DNA of 64,000 nt, from positions 335,621 through 399,620 of the forward strand of contig NMRA01000020.1 in the NCBI GenBank assembly GCA_002633005.1. The letters run 5' to 3'. The position numbers and the translations under genes were made by a program. Source of the DNA: Phoronis australis. Lineage: Eukaryota; Animalia; Phoronida. How positions within the stretch are numbered: the first letter of the stretch is position 1; each line of letters starts with the position of its first letter. The notes beneath the pieces are model-generated. The model searched no databases, was not told the origin of the DNA, and saw only the letters and a list, made by a program, of their open reading frames with translations. Below, piece after piece: positions 25,018 to 36,277 of the stretch.

Positions 25018-25916
25018 ATTAGTACAGCATAGGACTTAAATTATGAAAATTGTTTTGTAAATTTAACTACTAAAGATTTGAACAGTTTGAATTTGAAGTT
25101 GAATTTGAATTCATGATGGTTAATCTTCCCTTTGTTGTTTAAGTTCAGTTGTGCCATCTTTCTTTCCAAAGAAATCTAAACCTGCCTGCAATGAAATCTA
25201 AACCTGCCTACGTTCACACTTCAGAGTAGTCCATGTGTGATACTCTATTGCAGATTATTGAAAGATTGTCTAGTTTATTTTTACCAGCTTAGAGCGCAGA
25301 CGGAGTTTCATCAATCGAGAGACTTCACCAACAAAGCAAGATTTTGGAAATTACAGTTCACTTTGTATTTGTGTTATTACTGGTTATTCATTAAAACTGG
25401 AGGTCATTAACGTTCAATTCAAGTGGCTCCCATTTTGTTGGTGCAGCACAAGAAATTAAAAAATTATTTTGAAAATTGTGCTCAGTTTGAAAAGATTGAA
25501 ATATGTCTTAAAAGAGCTGAAGTTGGTTAAAAATTAGTTTTTTCCTTGACATGAAGTTTTAAATCAAATGAAGCCGAAAAAGGATTTTGATGTAAAGTGT
25601 TGTGTAGTGACAACTTCGTGATTCAAACATTTGTGGAATTGTAACACGAAAGATCATCACCAACTTTGCTATTACGTATGCACACAGTGGATAATTGGGT
25701 CTGCACGGATTGCATTAGATCACAAGTTCAAGCCCGCATCAGGACAGGAATCTTTTCGTTCTTCTATCTATTGGGTCTTGTAATGTGACCTTGCAATTTT
25801 GAAAAGACATTTGCGTTATGTATGTGTTAGGAATTGCTTGTTATGTGACCTTGTGACTCTGAAAAGACATCTGCTTTATATGTGCTTGTTATGGTTTCAA
25901 TATTTTTTCCATTCAG

Positions 25917-26070
25917 TGACAGACAAGGCCGCTGGTGCTGACATAGCTGGGATCATCGTTGGTCTCATCATTGTCATACTTATTGTCATCATCGTTGTCA
26001 TCGTCTTTGTCCAACGCCGGAAGAAGAACAAAAGCATAGATGAAGAGATGGAATCCGACGACTCATTTGA
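25917..26070 (+). CDS. Receptor exon 9, transmembrane helix and stop-transfer
   Basis: attcag| ... ga|gtgagt (phase 1-2); IAGIIVGLIIVILIVIIVVIVFV followed by QRRKKNK. Confidence 0.92.
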
Positions 26071-27518
26071 GTGAGTTAAGCTTGTTGTAAATTTATTTTA
26101 CGGGATGTAAAGTAGTGATACTTTTCTTCTGACGAGTGGAAGGAGTATAGGATTCAGTTAAGAATGGGTGTCTCGAATTTAGCTAGGTGGCATTAGTGAA
26201 TTAGAGGCCCTAATCAAAATAGCTACATGCATTCTGGTTGTCAGGTGGCACCTGTAGTTTGCAAATGCCGCCTTGCTGGAGAACTGCTTTCTGCTCTAGA
26301 TCTATTCAGACTTTGAAAAGAGGTACCTTTCTGCGTTAGCGCTCCCTAGTGTGCATTGCTTCGTGCGTCGCCCTGTGGGAAATCTCTACAGATTTGAAAA
26401 CCACAGTATAGATTCTTCATATAAGGACACGTTGTGGTGGAAAAGTTTATTTCTTGTCAAAACACAAAACACAATTTCTGTTATTCACAGACTTTAGACA
26501 TTTTGTTTACAAAGACAATGTCAATTTGATGGCATGCTGGACAGAATTGATAAAAAGGTGGGGAAATCCCACAAATCCATACAAGAATGCAGAACGCTGT
26601 CCATCAACTACTCTTAACGCCATCTTTTAGCGACAAGGCGTATTTCATCTTATCACTGCCATTTTGGAAAATTCGCAATTTGGTAATCCTTTGAAAACTG
26701 GAAAATGCTAACTGACCCCTCTTTCTGCCCTCATGCTATTGGTTAGAACTGTGAAAATATGGTATGCCATTCCAGAATTAAGAACAAATTGCTGTGATAC
26801 AGTTGAGTTGTAGGTGACCTCATGTTTTGGTCTGGAGCCACTTATCACAGAACGAGGACAATTTCTTGTTAAAGAAAACCGTGTACCCTGCTAAATGAAA
26901 GGCTACATCATTGTAAAATTTTTACGGTTTCGCGAAAAATATGAACGGAAATAATCAATTCCGCCAAAATTTTGCTAAGCAATACCATTTCTTGTTTTCA
27001 GTCGATCTTTGTATTGGTTTTACAGTTTGAAATACAAGAATTTCACCAGGTTTCATCCATAAATTTCAAACCTTTGATTTTAGATATCAAGGCCTATTTC
27101 TACACCGCTCATTTTGGAAGTTATTTCCGCAAAATGGCCCCTTGTAGTCGACTTTTTTTAAAGAAGCGTTATCGGTTTTACAATCTAACAATGCATTTTT
27201 GAGATAACTGTTGGATGCAATAGACATGTTGTTATTAGCTTTGACCAGAGCTGTAAAACAACAAAACCCATTGAGTTATGGGATTTTATTACAAACTGCC
27301 AATTCTCGTAGTCATCTGCAACACATTCGCTGAATTTAATGTGGTTGCTTTATGTGCAATTAAATGTGCTCAAAATACTCTTGGCATATATTGAGCAGGA
27401 GACAACTCTGCCAGCAGAGCGTTAAACTTTGACCGCAGGGGTTGCAGGTTCGATTTCGCGTGATTTTATCCATGATAATGATACTTTAAGCCTGTAATTT
27501 ACGTCCGTCTAATCACAG

Positions 27519-27619
27519 GTCTGATCACGAGCTTGAAGTCATGGATAAAGAAAGAGAACCAGAGAGTAGGACGTTGTTGCTGGACGAAACACCCAATAAT
27601 AACCATGACCTGCCTAAAG
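27519..27619 (+). CDS. Receptor exon 10, cytoplasmic
   Basis: tcacag| ... g|gtaggt; phase 2-1 fits exon 9; ESDHELEVMDKEREPESRTLLLDETPNNNHDLPK. Confidence 0.75.
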
Positions 27620-28749
27620 GTAGGTTTGATTGGTCTGCAGTGCACTGTGTGTCACTTGTTCTCGTACGGCTCGCATGATCAAATGAGCCAACACACTTTA
27701 TTAGTGCCACATAGGAACTTTAACCGTCTTTTTCTGGTGCTTTTATCTGTTGTAATTTCTATTTTATAATTAAATTTCACATAATAGCAAAGTTTGTAAG
27801 ACTGATTAAAGTTTTTTTTTAGTTGTAACTTTTTGATAGTAAATTTTCCTGTTTATTCATCACCAGCCACTTTACAAGCTAGCTTAGTGACAGGTACTTT
27901 GTTATTGCTTTTAAACTTCAGGGGCCCATCTTATCGTTCCCAGTTGTTATTAAAATATCCATGGAAACGTGATAGCGAACACGTTATTTTTTAAAGAAAC
28001 AAAACTTTACATTCGACCAACATTATTGAGATTCACAAAAAAAATTAGAGAATTAATTTTCTTCGTGTGTGCTGCCATACGTTTTGTAGTTAGTATTACT
28101 GATAGGTGATTTAGTGTTAACTTGCATTTTTAACCTCACAAATTTAGTGTCTAACAACGAGATAATTTATCAGAAAACAGTTATGGTAACAAGTGTCATT
28201 GTTGAGCCACTGAGGTCCTCTGTGACTGCTTCTCCCCTCTGCTTTTTGGCTGACAGATTGTTGTTGCGAGGGTTTTGCTGTGAGGTTGTCGCTTAAAACC
28301 TATTATTTGTGGCTGCGGTGTTTTTAATTGTACCCGAGTTGCGCATGATGACACTGATATAGTCCTTTTGCTTGGAACTGATGTTAGTTATCTACCTTGA
28401 TACAATAGACTTTGTTATTAAAGTTAACACCCTTAATTTCAAGCTCTCATTCATGGTCTTTTTTATTCATCTGATGTTTCCTTTAATATTTCTTTTGGTG
28501 TGTTAAATAATGTATATGCTAAATTATTAAAAAAAAATCTAAAATAAGAACCATTCTTTAACATAGAAAGTCCTTGACACCGTTCAGTTCTAAGTGAGAG
28601 ACTATGGTGGTGTCTTGTGTACCCCTCTTCAGTATACACCTGGTGCATTGCACCGTTTGTCAGCTACACTCGGTATGTACGGTACCTTATGATTGGCCAA
28701 CATTACCGACATAAAACTGAGCCGCTAGTGACCATGTTTGTTGTTTCAG

Positions 28750-28884
28750 ACTCCACCGTTCATGTGGTGGTTGCACAGATGAGTATCACGCCTAATAAGT
28801 CGGCCCAAGACTTGCGTGTTGATCTTCCATCTCAACGTACTAACCACTTCAGACGCAGCCGTAGTAGTGGTTATATATCTAAAG
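28750..28884 (+). CDS. Receptor exon 11, cytoplasmic (symmetric, skippable)
   Basis: tttcag| ... g|gtgtgt, 135 nt, phase 1-1; DSTVHVVVAQMSITP...RRSRSSGYISK. Confidence 0.65.
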
Positions 28885-30026
28885 GTGTGTTCACTCTCGA
28901 GGTCACGCGTTTACAATGACTTGGAAAAATATGCCACAATTTAGGGAAGACTTGTCCCTTGAATGTTTGCAATCATTAAAATGTTTTTATGTCCATCTTG
29001 CCTATAAGGTGGCTTCGTTCAAGCCATACGTGAAATCTTTAACTGCCAGTCCACTTGAGTGTTTGGTTGGGGCATATCTTAGCAAATCTGAATTGTTGAG
29101 ACTAATGCCATGTGGCTCTGAACACTCATACATCTAAAGATTTAAATCAATCTTCATAAGAGCAAACGCTATTTGTTTTTGACAGCACAAGTCATGCGCA
29201 TGTTTTTCTGTAGTGGAATATTGACAGAGTGAGTGTGCACAGTCACTGCATCATGTTAGAAATTAGACATGTACCCCGTGGAAACTTGCCCCTGGTGCTT
29301 CATTACGGTATTTGTGACTTCTTGGACATCGTAATTGAAGCAGGCTAACTTGGCACTGCCACAACAGTTTACCCTCTTTTCAAAATGGGGCAACTTGTGC
29401 CCAATACACTTGTCCAGGTGCAAATGCCTGTGCTAACAGAAACACAATCTAGGAGGAAGGTCACCGTCAACTACGCATTTAGCAATGTAGTTTGTCCTTG
29501 CATTCTTCTCCAGCTGAACTGCATATCTGCATGACTGATTGTGCAGAATAACTTTTTCCCCTTTTCCTCTCTGTCGCCAGTTGATGGATGCACAGTTTCA
29601 TCCAGGACAAGATGTTCCTGGGGGAAACCTGTCGTCTAAACGTAAGAGTTGTAGACTTGACTCAGGACTAGTGTGTCATCTAACGTTTAATGTCTTCATG
29701 CACGTATGGGTTTGCTAATCTCTTGCATAAACTGTTTTGACATTTCTTCACCAACGCATTACGTTTTTGTGTTCATTTATGTTGTTTCAGCTTCTGGTTG
29801 TTGTTATTTTTGATAATTTTATTCTTTACTTTTTGTTTACCTTAGTTTGTATATATTGAACAGTGTTAAAGACCGCAGCTGTCCTGTTGCATGTAAAACT
29901 TGCATGATGCTATTTAGCCAAGATCGGAATACTTAGTGTACATTTTATCAGTTTCAGAGCAACAATTTGCTCTGCGCTGTTTGTATATTTGCGTCCACTG
30001 TACCGTTGTTGTTTCAATTCCGCCAG

Positions 30027-30109
30027 GTAAAGACGACTCTGCCTCATTAAGCTCACGGTCCAGTACCTACAAACCCCCCAGGCCCCCACCCCCCTCGGCT
30101 AACAGTCTT
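30027..30109 (+). CDS. Receptor exon 12, Ser/Pro-rich cytoplasmic segment
   Basis: cgccag| ... ctt|gtaagt, phase 1-0; GKDDSASLSSRSSTYKPPRPPPPSANSL. Confidence 0.8.
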
Positions 30110-30346
30110 GTAAGTGTTGTGGTTTGTTTTTTATTGTCCAGATTCTTACTGCCTCTTGTTTTGCTTTTCGTTTTGATTTCTCTGTTTTATCATTGTCTTG
30201 TGCAGAAATATTCAAGTGCTATTGAGCGTTACATCGGGGGGTTAAAAATGAGTTAGTGCAAACTAAGATCATAGAATAAGAATGAAGCTGTTTAGTTAGC
30301 CAAAATAACACCACTCTGACCTCGGTACAACCATAGAAAACAAGAA

Positions 30347-30511
30347 ATGTAAACTTGCCCTACTTCACATCTTTTTATGTTCATGGCAAAGTAAATACTT
30401 TCGACACTTGCTGCTGTGTGAAACAGGATGTAAGTTTGCCCTACATCGTGTCTTTTTATGTTCATGGCAAAGTAAATACGTACGACACTTGCCGTTGTGT
30501 GAACCAGGATG
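30347..30511. repeat. ~82-bp tandem duplication
   Basis: Two diverged copies of atgtaa..ttgccctac...tctttttatgttcatggcaaagtaaatac...gacacttgc...tgtgtgaa.cagg. Confidence 0.8.
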
Positions 30512-31007
30512 TCCCAAGGTAATAGTCATATTACCTGAACAGCGCTCAATGTACCTTTAAATAGATTTATTGAAGTATTTGTTTATTTATGCGTTTATTC
30601 ACCAACTTGATCACCATATTATGTCAAATTAATTGACTTTCATTTTCATGATAACCTTTTTATGTGAAGATAAGTTAACCATGACTCCATGGATAATGAA
30701 CCTAATGTAGAAGTACACCTGACAATTTTGTAGTCTGTAATAAATATGATCTTCATGTTCAAACCACCCTCTTTTTATTCATACTGTTATAATCTAAAAC
30801 CATTACGTCGTTAATGCCAACCTGAAGGTTTTCCGTATAAGTGGTTAGTAATGTTGTTGGTTTGGTCACCTGTTCTAAAAATTCTCCAAATTTGTGATGT
30901 GTCCAATAGGTGGCTTGTCTACCTTAATAATCACGAATTAATTTTAAGTGCATTGTAGCTATAACATAACTGAGCTGTATATTCCTGATCCAAATTTTAT
31001 CTGCCAG

Positions 31008-31184
31008 GGCTCGATTGCATAAAAGTTAGAAAATTACACGCTGGATAAGTTTGATTGTTGCATTACATCTAGCACACTGTGTTGAGGTATTGTTTTGTAT
31101 TTTCTGTGATGTCATCGTTTATAGCAAGATGTTAATACGATGTCACTATTGCTGTCCAGCGTGTAACTTTTATGCAACCAGGCC
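31008..31184. mobile_element. PIF/Harbinger-type MITE
   Basis: TIRs ggctcgattgcataaaagtta / taacttttatgcaaccaggcc with CAG on both sides (31005-31007, 31185-31187). Confidence 0.7.
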
Positions 31185-31894
31185 CAGAAAAAAATCTATT
31201 TAAAAACGCCCATCACTGGGCATCCCTCGAGTAGACTAACTGCAGTTTCAGGCATCTCATGAACCATTATGTGTCACTTTTAGCTCTTTGCCACTAACAA
31301 AGTTACACATGTGATTCTGATGTCTCCATGCATTGAGAAAGGAGATTCACGATTGTGATTATGCAAGGTTTAAGAATGACGAGAGCATGGCTACATGTTT
31401 AGGCTTGATGAGTATTGTTCATAACGCTCTGAAGCTGCCTTAATCTCGTAATCTGTTGTAGAAATAAACTTTTGATTTACGTAACTTTCAGATTAGAGTG
31501 CAAGGTTCGACTTATATCTTACTCAGATAAGACGTAGTTTCTAGTCTTGGAAAGAACTGGCAATTCCTTTTAGCTTGAGGTCACGCTCGACTCATTAAGT
31601 GACCCGATGTGACGAGCCAAATTTATGAGCCTGGTCTCAAGCAATGATGAACTGTTAGACAAGTCCTTTCCAAGTCCAGAAAGCATCGCTGGTTAGAGTT
31701 AGGAACAAATTGAAACCATCTTCATACCAGTTAGTAATGTAAATATAAAGATAGTTGTTTGCATGATTTCGTTTTGTACTGTTGCTTGTCAAATGAGATG
31801 TTGACTGATTGTCTTCAGTGGCATGTTTTTGTTTTTTTCCCAGAGCACGTCAAAGTACTGAAGTTGACAGCGTAGTCTTTTTTGCCACTTTCAG

Positions 31895-32065
31895 AAACGT
31901 CGGTCACTAGTCTATGCCGATCTTCACTTTGAGCCGAGCGAGAGTCGAGAGAGCACTCCAGTGAAGAAATCCCAGCCGGAGATAGAATATGCTTCCATAG
32001 ACTTTGACAACAAAGGTCAGCGTAGCCAGACACCCAAATCTAACGACAGTCTCAGCATGTTATGA
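31895..32065 (+). CDS. Receptor last coding exon with two ITIM-type motifs
   Basis: tttcag| phase 0; KRRSLVYADLHFE...PEIEYASIDFD...LSML*; TGA at 32063-32065. Summed exons give 2700 nt (899 aa) with no internal stop. Confidence 0.85.
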   Translation, partial: KRRSLVYADLHFEPSESRESTPVKKSQPEIEYASIDFDNKGQRSQTPKSNDSLSML

Positions 32066-35000
32066 CTGCAGGATATTGTTTGAAGACAGCTGCGTGCTGG
32101 CTGGGGTTATGAGCTGAGTCACTCGAGGATAATAGTCCCAGTCTGGGGGAGGATGCATATTTCAGTGTGTTATTCATAATTGCTTTCTCGCACTCATGTA
32201 CTTGTCACGATAGAAAGGCATTGTTGACACCAGTTTCAGGGCTATTTGGCAAAGACACGTTGCTCTACAGTTATGCCTGTTGTGATTCAAACCTTGTCCC
32301 GTTGGCGAAAGAAAATCTTCAGTTACATCGCCAGTTTTTTCAGGAAACAGTGGTGGCTAGTACCTTTGATGAGGGAAAAACTTCAGTGCTGTGCATAATA
32401 ACGCTTGCAGTACTGGAGTAGTTTTCATCGAGTCCAAGGTGTGTCGCTATTTCTCGATGTACTAGTACATCCATTATCAACCTGGTGTCGATAGAAGTTG
32501 GCAGTTTTCTTATGACTGGGATAATTTCTGAGTGAAACTCACTTGGTAGTAGCTATCCAAGTCATAGTTCAGGCTTTTTGTATGTTTTTAGGTTGTTGGT
32601 ATTTTTACTGCCAGCAAACAAAAGGTGCCTTCCATGTTGACTCATGTGATTACGAAATGTGAAACATATCTCTTGTGAGTTAAAGTATTCTATTTTACGA
32701 ATGTGAATAATGTGAAACGTGACGTTTTGCTCATGTCAAGATTTCTGTGTTGTAGTTGACTGCAAGGCAGAAAATAGTTGTGACACTTTTTGTTAAAAAG
32801 TGAAAAATAATGCTAGATGTGTGGTATGCATGTTTATAAAACATTATTGTGTTATGTCAGTTGATTGACATTTTAGTTTGTGATCATTATCCTTCACTCA
32901 GATTAAGTGGTTGATGAATAAGTTATGATTTATAGTCTTTGAAACAAAAACAAACTCACTTGAAATTTTCTCCTGACACTCCTGTTTAAGTTGTCTGCAT
33001 CCTGGAGTCGTTTTGTAGGAACACCAACAGAGGGCGAATGACGCAATTTTCAGTCAGTCAATAGGAGAGGCTAGTCAGCTTCACAACTTCTGGAAAATTT
33101 TTGAGGTGAAATTTTACTAAAATTATTTTCTCATGGCCCTCAAATAAAAGCTTATGGGTCTATACTCAGACTTCTTTTTATATAAGCCACAGCTAAAATT
33201 TTGTGTGATTTGTGATTCTATTATGGTATATTATATTATATTACTGTGGATATGGTAGTAGCTGGAATTATTGTTAAGGGTGAGATGGCTGAACATGATG
33301 AAGGAAGTGTTACTGACAACTGCAACATGAAGGCTGTAAAACACAGTCGAAAGTTGGTACACTTACCAAAGGAAACCCCTCGAATGTGTTTTGTTTGTGG
33401 CAAGCATCCAAATTTAAATGCTGTCCAGCTATTGTTTTTCTCAGTTAGATGGATGTGAGGAAACTAACAAAGTTGTGGGTTGGTTTCCCGTAACTATGGT
33501 GCAAACTATACACCGTAACTATGGTGCAAACTATACACCGGCTCTAACACTTCCACACATTGCTGTGTCATTGACTGCTGCGGTGTATATTTCTAAAAGC
33601 CCCCAAGGATTATTTTTAATTACAACTAGTTGACTGCTACGTAGGTTTGTAATATTGACAAGATTTTAAGTCCATTTTGCAACTAGAGAAACATTCTCCC
33701 TGACAATATAATACATTTTCCATGTATAGCCCCCACTTACCAACTGTTTTGGTTTGTGTTCCAATGGTATTTATGGTACAAACTTCTCAGTTTAGATCAC
33801 AGTATGGCGGACAGCTGATTTTTTTATTTTTCTTATTTTTACAAGACAGAACCAAATTAATCACTGTAGAGAAAGTTTTAAAACTTTCCTGGTCTTGTTT
33901 AAGAATTTTTTATGTTTCATCGGTTGTCGGCATTTTCAAACTCCTGTATGTGACACCTGTCAGCGTGTGTCGATCCTGAGACAAACTTTGAACAAAATCT
34001 GGTCCCACACGTGATTGGTGGAATCTCGGCCCATCTTTTCTATTTGAGGAGGGTCTTCGTTTCTTTGAGAAATAAGTTCTTACGTAACATATTCAAATTA
34101 TGTATTTCTCATCTGCAGAATAAGCACGTGATCGAGATCAGCGTATTAGCAGATTCCGCGCAGTGTATGAACACGTTGTTTGTATTGCAAGTATTTGTCA
34201 ATGTATCAATTTCTCCTCCGGAAGTGGTCTAGATCTTAAGAAATTTCGACAAACCTCTTGTAAATTAGGTGTAGTTTAACTCCGCCTATCGCAATCTGCC
34301 ATTTTATCGCCTGCAACTCAATAAGCGGGTGACATTTTAATGTATTGCCATTTTAATATTTTATGATTTGTAATTGGCTACACGGAGATACACTAAATGC
34401 AGATGTGGTTTGTCTCGGTTGGGAAATGAAACATGTTTTATTAACGGAACGTTATGACACTCCGCACTCATTACATGAAGCAGTGGACCAACTTAGAGCG
34501 GAGTAGGCTACTCATTGAAGCTTGCATGAAATATTCACGATTAGTTATATTCCGTGTTTGTTAAATATTCATGACCGGGTCTCTTTGCTGTAGGGAAGTG
34601 GGCGGAAAATGCATCTGGAGTGCCGTTGGTTCTGGGCTTTTTGTATGTTTTACGAGTTGTTGTGCAATGCAGATCCGTGCGGAGAATTACACCGATTAGG
34701 TTATGTGTTTATGCACTAAAGGGGGGATGTTATAAAAATGGTATTTCGTCATAACTTTGTATATGGGGAGTTGCATACTCGTCATGAAATAAAGAAGCCC
34801 GTCTAAAACATGATTCGAACTCGACGTGAAAAAAATTCGACTGCTTGATCGTGGCTTTGGCAAAATTTTATCATCACAGCCGCGACGTTGAGGAGACGAT
34901 GGGACAATCCTGTTCTGTCGCTCCTCATAATTTTCGATCTCTGTTTTTAACCGAACAACGTGTGTACGTAAGGTGGAAGCGTTTTGGGTTATTTTGTCGG

Positions 35001-36277
35001 GATTTTGTAGGGTTTCATGTTAAGTGGAAGTAGTTTGCTTTTTTATGTTTGGAAATGTTACAACAATGCATGATAAAAATGTCCGAATGTGAACAATGTG
35101 AAGGTTTATTTATTGTTCATTTCATATGATATAGTATGATGACATAAAAGTTGTTTGTCTTCTTATTTTATCATGAATACTTAAATTAGGAACGTGTACA
35201 TTGTTAATGATTTTATTAGCATGTCTTTGTTATGATTGAAAATAAACTGAATTTCGTTTGTATTTTTGTTTTTTGTGTCTACCTTCGTCTTTTTTGTGCC
35301 ATAGTGTTTCCTTGCTTTTGATAATGTATGGACCTTTTCAACAACCCTTTGTATTTGGCCAGATATCTACATGTGTAAAACTATGGATTTCACCACGTTA
35401 AAGGTATGTATTCTAAAAGTGTATAATTTGACTTTTTCCAATCTGCCATTTATTGAGTCACGTAGTAATGTCTTTTTAGTAAAATTTAGCAAAAAAGGAA
35501 AGGTAAACTGATAGTAAAACAGCAACATAAATAACATGGCCAAATTTTTTTGACGTTGTTAGTGTTCAAGACGAAATCTTCAAACGTCAATTTTCTAATT
35601 TCGTTTCATGAAATTTTTTCATGAAAACCATCTAAGTCCAATTTTGGTAGGCTTTCTTGTAAAAAGGATCATTTTAAAAGCTATTCCTAACCTTTTTTTA
35701 GAACACAGCGTAACATATCATCTGAAAGTTTTTTAATAATCGCGATCAGGCATTTCTGAAATATAATGTTCCGAACTTGGCCAAATTTGGACATTTTCTC
35801 ATTAGCACCGTTCTTTTGACATAAATGCAGTTCTTTTCTCCAGTTTTTACAAACATGTCGAATTTCTCATGAACCACAGGTCTTAGTAGACCGACAGTAA
35901 GCGCGTGGTTAGTACAGTGTGTACAGCAAGACACAACTGCTTCACGAGAAAGAAATGTTTGAGAAAAATTTTTTGTCGGTGAGAAAAGAATTATAGAAAA
36001 TAATTGTGTAACACACGGTTTGTGAGAAAAAACACGTTGGTGAGAACGATGTGAGGTTCATGAGAAAGACTGCTTACCATGATAAATGTAAAACGGCTAG
36101 CTAGAGGATAGCGTGGCACGGCACTTAACGCAGCGATGAACTTACAACCTCCATAAAATAAAACTTACACAAGTGTTTTTTTAATTTAGTTATTGCAATA
36201 AACGGACTGCAGCACAAAGTTGTATTAGGAATTGCGTCTAGTAACCGTACATTGAGACTGATGCCATTTTCTTCAAT

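Noticed and set aside
1882-32065. Naming the receptor nephrin, Dscam or Siglec
   Set aside because: Domain count (5 Ig, 2 FN3) does not match these, and no mutually exclusive Ig exon clusters were found in the long introns.
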